A stretch of 64,000 nucleotides of DNA. Origin: Ignavibacteriota bacterium. GTDB taxonomy: Bacteria > Bacteroidota > Ignavibacteria > UBA10030 > UBA6906. The notes under the pieces were generated by a model, which did no database searches, was not told where the DNA came from, and saw only the letters and a program-made list of their open reading frames with translations. Numbering within the stretch: position 1 is the stretch's first letter; each line of letters opens with the position of its first letter. A program made the translations under genes and the position numbers. This document shows positions 8,886 to 18,046 of this stretch, one piece after another. The stretch is taken from assembly GCA_003157485.1 (NCBI GenBank), contig PMJQ01000101.1, positions 11,443 to 75,442 of the forward strand, given 5' to 3'.

Positions 8886-11114
8886 ATGACAGCGCACGAA
8901 GGTTCCTCCCCGGGGAGGACGCTGCGTGAGGCGTTCAGCGCCATACGGGTGGTGACGTACGCGCCGGATGCACCCCTTGTCGTGCAGACCGTTGCCGCCT
9001 GCGCGGCGGAGGAACTGGCGCCGGGAGCGGCGGTCGTGTGCCTCCGCACCGGAGAGCGCGCTCCGGACGGACCCCGTCTCCACATCGAGGCGGGATTTCC
9101 CCGCGCCGGAGGCGATGACCTCCGCATGGAGCTTCGCATGGAGGCCGAAGGTCTTTGGGTCCTCTCGGCGCCGCGTGCGAATTCTCTCTACGCGCTCTTC
9201 TGCCTCGTCCGCGACGAGTGGCTTGACGGGACCGTGGCCGGATTCGCTCATGTGCGCGCCGTCCGACCATCCTTCCCATGGCTGAGAAACCTGAGCGATT
9301 TTCTTGTCGGGAGTCTCCGCACGTCCCGCGGTTTTTCCGGCGAGAATTACGTCCGTCATGCCGCACGGCTCGGGTTCACACACTGCACAGTCAATGGCCT
9401 TGCGGAGGGCCCTCCGTTTGAAAGCGGGCCTCCCGGGGACGTCTACTCCTGGTTTTACGATTACAGCCCGGATCTCGACCAGTTCGTCGACAGCGCACTC
9501 CTCCGCGGGTATTACCCGGCGGAGTACCTCCGGGCGAACCTCGCCGCGCTGAAGGCGAATGCCGCGCTCGCCGAACGCTACGGGCTCGTCCCGGGCCTCC
9601 ATATCAACTCCCCCCGGTCAATGCCCGAGGCGTTCTGGGAACGGTATCCGTACCTCAGAGGCGCGCGCGTCGACCACCCGCGCGAATCGTTCCGCCCCCG
9701 CTACACGCTCGCACTGGCCCATCCCACCGTCCGGGAGCATTACCGGGAGCTCCTCCGGAACATCCTGCGGGAGGTCCCCGCGATCGGCTTCATCCATCTC
9801 TGGACGAATGACAGCGGTGCGGGGTTTGAATTCGTCTCGTCGCTCTATGCGGGGAGGAACGGTGGGCCGTACCTGATACGCGAATGGAAGAGCGACGCGG
9901 ACATCGCGCGGGCCGCGGCGGGGAATGTCCTCGCGTATCTCGGTCTCCTGCGCGATGAATGCGCGGCCGTGAATCCCGAATTCCGGCTGATATGCGACGT
10001 CGCCTCGTTCGGGGCGGAGCGCCGGTACATCGTTTCGTCCCTTGGCAGCGGCATCGATGCCGGTGAATTCGGCTCGTTCGCCGGAGGGGTCTCGCGCCGG
10101 GAAAAGAGTATACTCGGGTTTGTCGGCGCGTGGATGCACGGGAGGGAGGATCCCGGGTGCCCGTGCGTGATCGGGGTCCCGTCGCCTGTTCTTCTTCATG
10201 AACGGCTCTCGCGCGCGCTCCGCGAGGGGATGCCCGGCCTCCTTGCATCCCCCGCTCCGGCGTCTCTTGCTCCCTATGACGTCAACAGCGAGGTCATCCG
10301 GTCTTTCCAGTTTGCCCCCTCACGGCCGCTCGGGGAGATACTCGCGCGCGCGGCGATTGCGTGGGCGGGAGAGGGGGGTGCGCGCGACCTCGTCGCGATC
10401 TGGCTTCTCGCGGACGAGGCGGTCCGTTCGGTCCCGCCCGGCGTCCCTCTCGGCACGTTTGCCTACCCCTGGTTCAGGCTCAGCGTCCGGCCCTTTGTCC
10501 CTGACATCGGGGCGATACCGGAACGCGAGCGCGAGTACTACGAGCGGTACATGCTTGCGACGTTCAACAACCCGGCCCGTGTGGATCTGAACAATGATAT
10601 GCTCTGGAACTTCCTGACCGTGGAGGAAGCGCTGGAGAAAATGCGCGCATTCGACATTGCGGTCTTTCCCCCTCTGGAGAAGGCCGTCGCCGGTGCGGGG
10701 GACTCTCTGCGGCGTTCCGCGTCCGCGGAGGCCGGGCGCGTATTTGCCGACGTCCGCGACAGGCTGCGAGCCTGGCGGTCTTATGCCATGACGCTCCGGA
10801 ACATGCTTGCGTGGACCGCCTCCGTCCACGGATACATCAACGCGGTGCCGGGGCCCGCGAAGGACCGGTTCAGAACGCTCTGCCGGGAGATGGTGCAGAG
10901 TGAGCTCGGGAATGCGCGGGATCTCCTTGAGCTATGGCGGGAATCGGACGTGACATTCATGCCGGTTGCCGCGCGGGGGGAGACGCTCCACACGTACGGG
11001 ACGAATTTCGGCGGCCTTCTTGAGGAGAAGATCCGCCTGATGGAGCTTCACGCAGGGGACGAACCGCATATCGATCCCGGCTTCATGTGGAGAATGCAGC
11101 GCATGTCGCACTGA
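8886..11114 (+). CDS. uncharacterised ~740-aa cytoplasmic protein, family A copy 1 (paralog of 52143..54467); possibly glycosidase-like
   Basis: Clear paralogy with 52143..54467: 'RYPYLRGARVDHPRESFRPRYTLALAHPTVREHY...WTNDSGAGFEFVSSLYAGRNGGPYLIREW' versus 'RYPVLRGARVDHPMRSFHPRYNLSVAHPVVLEHY...WSNDSGAGFEYTSSLYVGRNGGGYLVREW'. No signal peptide. Start at 'MTAHEG' (the track ORF starts 17 codons earlier and overlaps the upstream gene). The functional guess is only an impression. Confidence 0.6.
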   Translation: MTAHEGSSPGRTLREAFSAIRVVTYAPDAPLVVQTVAACAAEELAPGAAVVCLRTGERAPDGPRLHIEAGFPRAGGDDLRMELRMEAEGLWVLSAPRANSLYALFCLVRDEWLDGTVAGFAHVRAVRPSFPWLRNLSDFLVGSLRTSRGFSGENYVRHAARLGFTHCTVNGLAEGPPFESGPPGDVYSWFYDYSPDLDQFVDSALLRGYYPAEYLRANLAALKANAALAERYGLVPGLHINSPRSMPEAFWERYPYLRGARVDHPRESFRPRYTLALAHPTVREHYRELLRNILREVPAIGFIHLWTNDSGAGFEFVSSLYAGRNGGPYLIREWKSDADIARAAAGNVLAYLGLLRDECAAVNPEFRLICDVASFGAERRYIVSSLGSGIDAGEFGSFAGGVSRREKSILGFVGAWMHGREDPGCPCVIGVPSPVLLHERLSRALREGMPGLLASPAPASLAPYDVNSEVIRSFQFAPSRPLGEILARAAIAWAGEGGARDLVAIWLLADEAVRSVPPGVPLGTFAYPWFRLSVRPFVPDIGAIPEREREYYERYMLATFNNPARVDLNNDMLWNFLTVEEALEKMRAFDIAVFPPLEKAVAGAGDSLRRSASAEAGRVFADVRDRLRAWRSYAMTLRNMLAWTASVHGYINAVPGPAKDRFRTLCREMVQSELGNARDLLELWRESDVTFMPVAARGETLHTYGTNFGGLLEEKIRLMELHAGDEPHIDPGFMWRMQRMSH

Positions 11115-11130
11115 GGAGGGAGGGAATCCT

Positions 11131-11922
11131 ATGGAACAGTACCCGCTCACGGAGGATCACGTCGCGTTTTTCCGGGACAACGGATATGTCCGGCTGGACG
11201 GGGTCCTGAGCGTTCAGGAAGTGGAAGCGCTGCGTGTGGCGCTCGATGTGGCGGTGGAAGACCGCCGCAGGTACGAGGGGAACGAAGGACCGCGCACCGA
11301 CCCGGGCTATGCAAAGGTGTTCCTTCAGATGGTGAACCTCTGGGAGCGCTATCCCGCCTTCCGAACCCATGCGCTGAACCCCCGCATCGGCGGGATCGCG
11401 CGCAGGCTCGCACGGGCCGGCAGCGTACGCCTGTGGCACGACCACGCGCTCATCAAGTACCCGAAAGACAGCAAGCCGACGGTCTGGCATCAGGACTGGG
11501 TCTACTGGCCAATGCACGAGACGGGAGCCCTCTCCTGCTGGATGGCGCTCGACGACGTCACGGTCAAAAACGGCTGCATGTCGTTCATCCCCGGCTCGCA
11601 CAGGCTCGGACCGTGCGACCCGATCGACCTGGGGAATGCGACGGAAGAGACGCTGCTGGCGAAGTTTCCGCCGGAGCAGAGGAAGAAATTCCTTCCCGTC
11701 GCCGTCGAGATGAAGGCGGGGAGCTGCACATTTCACGACGGACTGACGTTTCACTACGCCGGGCCGAACACGTCGGAAAGCCCCCGCCGCGCGATGGTGA
11801 CGATCTACATGCCGGGGGGGACAAGGTACAAAACGCTGGAGCATATTATCGGCGACAGGTCGGGGCTCAGAGAGGGAGAGGAGTTTCACGGCCCGCTCTT
11901 CCCCGTCGTGGCGGGGGAGTGA
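11131..11922 (+). CDS. phytanoyl-CoA dioxygenase (PhyH) family Fe(II)/2-oxoglutarate-dependent oxygenase
   Basis: 'FFRDNGYVRLDGVLS', 'VWHQDWVYWP' (H-x-D), 'ALSCWMALDDVTVKNGCMSFIPGSHRLG', 'GSCTFHDGLTFHYAGPN'. SD GGAGGGAGGG upstream. Confidence 0.8.
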   Translation: MEQYPLTEDHVAFFRDNGYVRLDGVLSVQEVEALRVALDVAVEDRRRYEGNEGPRTDPGYAKVFLQMVNLWERYPAFRTHALNPRIGGIARRLARAGSVRLWHDHALIKYPKDSKPTVWHQDWVYWPMHETGALSCWMALDDVTVKNGCMSFIPGSHRLGPCDPIDLGNATEETLLAKFPPEQRKKFLPVAVEMKAGSCTFHDGLTFHYAGPNTSESPRRAMVTIYMPGGTRYKTLEHIIGDRSGLREGEEFHGPLFPVVAGE

Positions 11923-11925
11923 GCC

Positions 11926-13533
11926 ATGCGCCCCTCACACACAGGCGGCACAACGCTCCGCTCGGGGAACCCGTCGCTCGATGCGCTCGTCCCCCGGGTC
12001 CGGGATTTCCTCTCACGCGACGTCAGCTCGTACGTGATGTTCGGCCGTTCCGTCAGGGGGTACCGTTCTCCGGACACCCCGGCCATCTGGATCCGCGATC
12101 ATTCCGACATGCTGCGGGGGGCGAAGTACTGGGAGCGCGACATGAAGAGCGCCGTCGATCATTTCGCGGAGATGCAGTCGGAGGCGGGGTGGCTCTTCGA
12201 CTATTTCACGATGACGCCGGAGAAAGTGCCGTGCGAGAAGGAGAACTGGGCCAAGTACGTGCGTGTCCCGGTGGAGGCCGACGTCGAATACCGGTTCATC
12301 AAGGCCGTGTACCTGGCGTGGCAGGCGACGGGAGACGATCGGTGGATGAAGGGGATGATCCCGCGCATGGAGAAGGCGCTTCGCTACGTGATGACCGATC
12401 CCTGGCGGTGGGACCGGAAGCTCAGGCTCGTGAAACGCGCCTACACGATCGATACGTGGGATTTTGACTATACGGCCGGGCGTTACCCCTGGCTGAATTT
12501 CCGGGTGGACGATGAGACGTACTGGGGGATCATGCACGGAGACAGCTCCGGGTATTACGAGGCGTTCATGAATCTCGCCGCCATGCACGCGCACGCACAC
12601 GGCCGCGCTGCCTCCCTCAGGTGGAGAAGGTTCGCCGCCGCATTTCGCGCTCGAGCGAACAGGGCGTCGTTCAACGGCAGGTTTTACCGCCACCGCGTAC
12701 CCATCACGCCGGTGGAGATACCGGGGGTGGACCCCGAATCGCAGCTCACGATAAGCAACCCGATGGACATCAACAGGGGACTGGCGGCACACCCGATGGC
12801 GCTCTCCATCATAGAAGAATACAGGCGGCGCGGCGCGGCGAACGGGTTCGCCGCCGACTGGGTGAGCGTCGACCCCCCGTTTCCCGCGGGGATCTTCGGC
12901 GAGCCGAAGCTTGTTCCCGGTTCGTACTGCAACGGCGGGCTCATGCCCCTTGTGGGGGGCGAACTTGCGCGCGCGGCGCTGGAGCACGGAAGGGAGGCCT
13001 ACGGCGTGGCGCAGCTCCTCCGGTACGAGGAACTCACGCGGGGGAACGAAACGTACCTCTGGTATTTCCCGGACGGGCGGCCCTCCTCGATCGAGACCAG
13101 CACGAGTCCCGATGCCTCGCCGAGCGACGGATGGGGCTCCTCGGCGATGCTCTTCGCTCTCCTGGAGGGCCTCGGCGGCGTCGTTGACGCGTCGTCCCTG
13201 TACAGGGACGTCCGGCTCTCGCCGCGCTGGGCTGCCGCGGAATGCGACGATGTTTCCCTGTCGGTTTCATATGCCGCATCGGGAGCCGGTATCGGTTACC
13301 GCTACACGCACGATGCGGCGAAAAAGACAATTGTCCTCGGCATTCACGCCCGGGCGGCAATCGACATGCACCTCCTTCTTCCGGATGCCGCGCGCGTGCT
13401 CACGGTACGCGTCAACGGAAAGACCGTGCGGCACATGGATGTGAGCGTGGAACAGAGCTCATATGCAGATGCCCGGTTCCCCGTCCGGGGGAATGCGGAA
13501 GTCGTCGTTCACTATGATGAAAAGAGGAAATGA
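11926..13533 (+). CDS. six-hairpin (alpha/alpha)6 glycosidase-like protein, family not assignable by eye
   Basis: 'PAIWIRDHSDMLRGAKYW', 'EADVEYRFIKAVYLAWQATGDDRWM' and 'YCNGGLMPLVGGELARAALEHG' are typical of GH63/GH15/debranching-type toroids. No signal peptide. Confidence 0.55.
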   Translation: MRPSHTGGTTLRSGNPSLDALVPRVRDFLSRDVSSYVMFGRSVRGYRSPDTPAIWIRDHSDMLRGAKYWERDMKSAVDHFAEMQSEAGWLFDYFTMTPEKVPCEKENWAKYVRVPVEADVEYRFIKAVYLAWQATGDDRWMKGMIPRMEKALRYVMTDPWRWDRKLRLVKRAYTIDTWDFDYTAGRYPWLNFRVDDETYWGIMHGDSSGYYEAFMNLAAMHAHAHGRAASLRWRRFAAAFRARANRASFNGRFYRHRVPITPVEIPGVDPESQLTISNPMDINRGLAAHPMALSIIEEYRRRGAANGFAADWVSVDPPFPAGIFGEPKLVPGSYCNGGLMPLVGGELARAALEHGREAYGVAQLLRYEELTRGNETYLWYFPDGRPSSIETSTSPDASPSDGWGSSAMLFALLEGLGGVVDASSLYRDVRLSPRWAAAECDDVSLSVSYAASGAGIGYRYTHDAAKKTIVLGIHARAAIDMHLLLPDAARVLTVRVNGKTVRHMDVSVEQSSYADARFPVRGNAEVVVHYDEKRK

Positions 13534-15773
13534 AACGTAGAGAGTTTCTCGTTGCCCCCGTATTCTCTCTCGCAGCTCCCGCGTTTGCCCGCATCGGTCC
13601 GCTCCTCCCCGGTGACCCTGAAAATCCGGCCCCGGCTCCCGGAACGGCCGTGAACGTCCAGCAGCGCCTCCATCAGGATTTCATCACGTACGCCCCCGGC
13701 ATTGAATACTTCATGCTCGGCAACGGCGACATACAGGCGGTCGTGCAGTACTGCCCCGACCGCACCGGCGCCCTTCCGCAGACGTTTCTCGGGCTGACGG
13801 TATTCGATCCCGAGCGCTTCGGGCGGAAGTGGAGCACGTTTCTGTTCGATCCCGAGAGGGGGTTCGAAAGGACCCGCGTCTCTGTCATCGTGGGGGGAAA
13901 AGGAGGAGTCTCTGTGGCGCCGGAGAATTTCTCCTCGGTCGGGTGGACCTATCCCCGTGCGATTCCGACCGTCGAGTGCCGGTGGCACGCGGGGACCATC
14001 GGCGTCGTTGAGCGATTCTCCGTCCCCGCCTCAGGGGCGCTCCTCTTCCGGGAGGTGACGCTTGAAAACAACGGCGCTGCCCCCGCAGATCTGAAGCTCT
14101 TCGCGGCGCTTCTTCCGAACTTTGCGCTCTTTGATGAGATAGGGCCCGACGAGAAGTCGGCCGCGGTCCGGGGCCGCGGATTCGCCTCGATCTCGCTCCG
14201 GTCGCTCGACGGGGAGGTTGCCGTCTCGGGACGGTACGACATGACGGTCGCGCCCGGCACGATACCTGCGGGCAAAAGCGCGCGGGTACGGCTGGTGTAT
14301 TCCATCGATCCCGCCGGCGCGCTCATCGGCCCCGGCGCATACGACACGCTCGTCGACGGGACCGAAACATGGTGGAACGCCCGCTCCTCCGTCACGACAG
14401 GGCATGAAGTCCTCGACCATCTCTTCGGCGTCTCGCGCTCGGGCCTCCGCGCAATGCTTGCCAGGAGCGGAAAGAGGGACTCCGGGACGTGGATGTACAA
14501 CATGGAGTGGGTCAGGGACGACGTGATGGTCGTGATCGCGCTCCTCCAGTCCGGGATGGTCGCCGAAGCGAAGACGCTCCTCAAGAAGCTGCTGGAAAAA
14601 TCGGTCGGGCCCGATGGGAGAACGTTCGAATCGAGCCGCTGGGCGGGTTTCGACTACACGGAGCTTGACCAGAACGGCGAGCTCCTCTACGCACTCTGGA
14701 TGTATGCGGCGTGGACGGGAGATTTGGATTTCGTCAAGAATTACTGGACGCGGATCACGCACGTGGCCTCGTTCCCGCTGCAGGATCGATTCCGCGACGG
14801 GGATTCCGGTCTCATGCATAACAGGCGGGAATTCTGGGAGCGGAACGACTCGTTCGGCGTCGAAGACGGGTACGAACTGACATACCAGTTCTGGGTCTCG
14901 TTCGGGCTCGCGCATGCCGCGGAGCTCGCCGACGCAATCGGTGCGTCCGAGGGGAAGTCATGGAGGGAAGCCGCCGGGGGGTTGCGCGAGGCGATACTCA
15001 CCCACCCGAAATTCAGGCTTGTGGAAGAGGGGCATTTCATAAAGCGGAGAACCCGCGACGGGAGGTGGCAGCGGTTTATGATCCCTCCCGATCCGGCGCG
15101 TATGCCTCCGGGGTCGCCGCTCGCAGGGAACGCGAGGCCCGCGTGCGAGCCGGATCTCGGGAGCGTCATTCCGGTGATGTACGGTTTCGTCGAACCGGGG
15201 AGCGACATCGCCCTCGGCACGCTCCGCGACTGCGAAAGGCTCTGGAGCCAGGCGTGGGATTTCGGAGGCTATCCGCGCTACAACACGGAGAGCGAACCCG
15301 ACCCCCCGGCTCCCTGGCCTCTGGCAACGCTTTTCATGGCGAGAGCATATGCGGAGGCCGGGAACTGGCCGAAATTCTGGCAGTGCGTGAAGTGGGTAAG
15401 GACCATTCACGGCGGCCTCTCGGGGGGGTGGTTCGAGCGGTACGGGCCGAGCATTACTCCTCCCGCTCCCCCGGTCTGCGTGATCGGCTGGGCATGGGCG
15501 GAGATAACGTCTCTTCTTGTCCATCATGTCGCGGGGGTTCGCCCGGGCCTGGACGCTCTGACGGTCCGCCCGCGGCTCCCGGAAGGGGTCGATGCGTTGA
15601 CCGGATCGTTCCTGATCCGCGGCACCGTCTGCACGCTCTCCGTCCGCCGGACGCACGCGGCTCCCTCGGCACGCGTGAACGGCCGGAATGTCCCGGTGGC
15701 GAATGGCGCTCTCATTGTCCCGTATGGCGGCCTCACACCGGGAGGGGGAGTGATCGAGATGGAGGTCCCGTGA
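13530..15773 (+). CDS. GH15-like (glucoamylase/glucodextranase/trehalase-type) six-hairpin glycosidase with Tat-type signal
   Basis: 'MKRREFLVAPVFSLAAPAFA' (RR-x-F-L). 'GTWMYNMEWVRDDVMVVIALLQSG', 'TELDQNGELLYALWMYAAWTGD', 'HNRREFWERNDSFGVEDGYELTYQFWV'. ATGA overlap with the upstream stop. Confidence 0.75.
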   Translation: MKRREFLVAPVFSLAAPAFARIGPLLPGDPENPAPAPGTAVNVQQRLHQDFITYAPGIEYFMLGNGDIQAVVQYCPDRTGALPQTFLGLTVFDPERFGRKWSTFLFDPERGFERTRVSVIVGGKGGVSVAPENFSSVGWTYPRAIPTVECRWHAGTIGVVERFSVPASGALLFREVTLENNGAAPADLKLFAALLPNFALFDEIGPDEKSAAVRGRGFASISLRSLDGEVAVSGRYDMTVAPGTIPAGKSARVRLVYSIDPAGALIGPGAYDTLVDGTETWWNARSSVTTGHEVLDHLFGVSRSGLRAMLARSGKRDSGTWMYNMEWVRDDVMVVIALLQSGMVAEAKTLLKKLLEKSVGPDGRTFESSRWAGFDYTELDQNGELLYALWMYAAWTGDLDFVKNYWTRITHVASFPLQDRFRDGDSGLMHNRREFWERNDSFGVEDGYELTYQFWVSFGLAHAAELADAIGASEGKSWREAAGGLREAILTHPKFRLVEEGHFIKRRTRDGRWQRFMIPPDPARMPPGSPLAGNARPACEPDLGSVIPVMYGFVEPGSDIALGTLRDCERLWSQAWDFGGYPRYNTESEPDPPAPWPLATLFMARAYAEAGNWPKFWQCVKWVRTIHGGLSGGWFERYGPSITPPAPPVCVIGWAWAEITSLLVHHVAGVRPGLDALTVRPRLPEGVDALTGSFLIRGTVCTLSVRRTHAAPSARVNGRNVPVANGALIVPYGGLTPGGGVIEMEVP

Positions 15774-18046
15774 AACGGCGCGAGTTCATGGCAACGCCCC
15801 TGATAGGCGCGCTCCTCCCCGGCCTCGTGCGGTCGAAACCGCCCGGGCGCCCGGCGCGTCCGGAGGAGGACGGCGCACCCGGCACATCGAAGCCCCCGGA
15901 AGGCCTGCAGAGGCTGCACCCCGACTTCGTGACGTACGCGCCGGGGATTGAATATTTCTATCTCGGGAACGGAGACATACAGGGAGCCGTGCAGTATTCG
16001 CCGGAGCCCGGAGAAGAGTCGTTCATAGGGTTTACGCTGATGGATCCCGAGAACTTCTGCCGCAAGTGGAGCACATTCCTCTTCTCTCCCGAGCACGGGT
16101 TTGAAAACACGCGGCTTGGCGTCACTGTCGGTTCGGGAGGAGAACCGGGAGAAGCAAAGTCAGGGATGTACCCCGGCGTCAGGGGGTACGCCGTCGGGCG
16201 GGACAATTTCGTCCGGATCGCGTGGGAGTATCCGGACGGCGTCCCTGTCGTCGCGCTTGACTGGAACGCAGGGGAATGCGGCGTGAGGGAAGAGTTCTTC
16301 GTGCCGCATGAAGGCGCGCTCCTCTTCCGCCGCGTGCGGCTCACGAACCATTCGGCGGCCCCCCTGTCCGTGAGCCTCTCCCTCTCCCTGTACGCCAATT
16401 TCGGGCTCTTCACGGACATTCGCACCGTCGGGAAGAACCGCAGAGCCCGCGCCGACGGGCTTGCCTCCATGAGCCTTTTCTCGCTCGACCCTCTTGCGAC
16501 GGTGTTCGGCCGATACGATGTCCGTGTGGACGCCGGACGGATCGCCCCGGGAGAGGGGGCGGAACGGGTGTACGGATACGCCATCAGGGACGGCGAGCAA
16601 TCTCTCCGGAAGCGCACGTTTCCCGTCATCTGGCGAAAGACATCGGCGGTGTGGAAGAAGCGGAATTCTTTTGAAACGGGGAACGCGATTCTCGACAGGC
16701 TCTACAATGTCTCCCGCACCGGACTCCGGAGCGTCATCTCGCGGAGCGGAAGGATGGATGCGGGGACGTGGATGTACGATATGGAATGGCTTGGCGACCA
16801 TGCGATGGCATCCGAGGCCCTCCTGCGCGCAGGGTTCGTTGAAGAAGCGCGTCTCCTCATCGAGAAGAACCTGCGCGACTCGATCGGCCCCGACGGGAGG
16901 ACAATCGAGTCCGGAAGGTTTTTCGGGTATGAGTATACGGAGATCGTCCAGAACGGCATCATGATGTTCGCCGTCTGGAATTACCTCTGCTGGACGGGGG
17001 ACAGGACGCTCCTCCGGAAGTACTGGCCGAAAATCCGCCTGTGCGGCGACTTCCCTCTGGAGAAATACTTCCTCGACGGGAAGACCCATCTTGTCCACAA
17101 CAGGCGGGAGTTCTGGGAACGGAGCGACTCCCACGGCATCGAGGACGGATTCGAGCTTGCATACCAGTTCTGGGTTTCTTTTGGGCTCGCGAAAGGTTCT
17201 GCGCTGGCCCGTCTGGCCGGTGATGCCGCCGCGGCGGCCCGATGGGAGAAGGCCTCCCGTGCCATGCACGAGACCATGTTCTCCGATCCGGTCTACAGGT
17301 TCATCGAAGACGGTCACCTCATAAAGAGGCGGACGCGCGACGGCAGGTGGCAGAAAGAAGCGGTCCCGCCTGACAGGGGAAAGCTCCCTCCGGGTTCTCC
17401 CATCGCCACCGAAGCGCATTCGTATCTCGATCCGGACACGATCACGCTCCTGCCGATACTTCTTGAGATGATACCGCCGGGATCTCCCCTTGCCGCCGAA
17501 ACGCTGCGTTATGTGGACGGGATCTGGAACCAGCGCTGGGAGGGGGGAGGGTACCCCCGGTACAACGTCACCGGGGAAGACAACCCTCCGGCTCCCTGGC
17601 CGCTTGCGTCCATGCTCGTGGCGCGCGCGAGCGCGGCAGCGGGTGAATACGACCGTGTCTGGCGGGTCCTGGAGTGGCTGGACCGGCTCGCGGGACGGTC
17701 CGGGTCATGGTTCGAACGGTGCGCACAGTCCATCACTCCCCCCATGCCCCCCGTCGGGGTCGTGGGGTGGACCTGGTATGAAATAATCAATCTCTGCTCG
17801 CATCACATCGCGGGATTCAGGCCGGACGTCGACGCGCTTGTTGTCAGGCCCCGGCTTCCGGACCGGATCGACACGCTCGCGTCGTCTCACAAGGTGCGCG
17901 GCGCGGTTATTCATGTTGCCGTGCGCAGGGGGAGCGGGACTCCCCGTGCCGCCGTCAACGGCAAAGCATCCCCGCTTACGGACGGCGCTCTTCGCGTTCC
18001 TTATCCGCAGCGCGGGTCGGCACTCACACTGGAGTTTACGCTATGA
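15770..18046 (+). CDS. GH15-like six-hairpin glycosidase with Tat-type signal (paralog of 13530..15773)
   Basis: GTG start overlaps the upstream TGA (GTGA). 'VKRREFMATPLIGALLPGL'. 'GTWMYDMEWLGDHAMASEALLRAG', 'HNRREFWERSDSHGIEDGFELAYQFWV'. The 270-codon upstream extension in the track overlaps the previous gene and is rejected. Confidence 0.75.
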   Translation: MKRREFMATPLIGALLPGLVRSKPPGRPARPEEDGAPGTSKPPEGLQRLHPDFVTYAPGIEYFYLGNGDIQGAVQYSPEPGEESFIGFTLMDPENFCRKWSTFLFSPEHGFENTRLGVTVGSGGEPGEAKSGMYPGVRGYAVGRDNFVRIAWEYPDGVPVVALDWNAGECGVREEFFVPHEGALLFRRVRLTNHSAAPLSVSLSLSLYANFGLFTDIRTVGKNRRARADGLASMSLFSLDPLATVFGRYDVRVDAGRIAPGEGAERVYGYAIRDGEQSLRKRTFPVIWRKTSAVWKKRNSFETGNAILDRLYNVSRTGLRSVISRSGRMDAGTWMYDMEWLGDHAMASEALLRAGFVEEARLLIEKNLRDSIGPDGRTIESGRFFGYEYTEIVQNGIMMFAVWNYLCWTGDRTLLRKYWPKIRLCGDFPLEKYFLDGKTHLVHNRREFWERSDSHGIEDGFELAYQFWVSFGLAKGSALARLAGDAAAAARWEKASRAMHETMFSDPVYRFIEDGHLIKRRTRDGRWQKEAVPPDRGKLPPGSPIATEAHSYLDPDTITLLPILLEMIPPGSPLAAETLRYVDGIWNQRWEGGGYPRYNVTGEDNPPAPWPLASMLVARASAAAGEYDRVWRVLEWLDRLAGRSGSWFERCAQSITPPMPPVGVVGWTWYEIINLCSHHIAGFRPDVDALVVRPRLPDRIDTLASSHKVRGAVIHVAVRRGSGTPRAAVNGKASPLTDGALRVPYPQRGSALTLEFTL

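Noticed and set aside
14960-15769. 270-codon N-terminal extension of the track ORF 14960..18046
   Set aside because: It overlaps the upstream GH15-like gene in another frame and is Arg/Gly/Pro-rich nonsense. A GTG at 15770 gives a Tat-type N-terminus that parallels the paralog.
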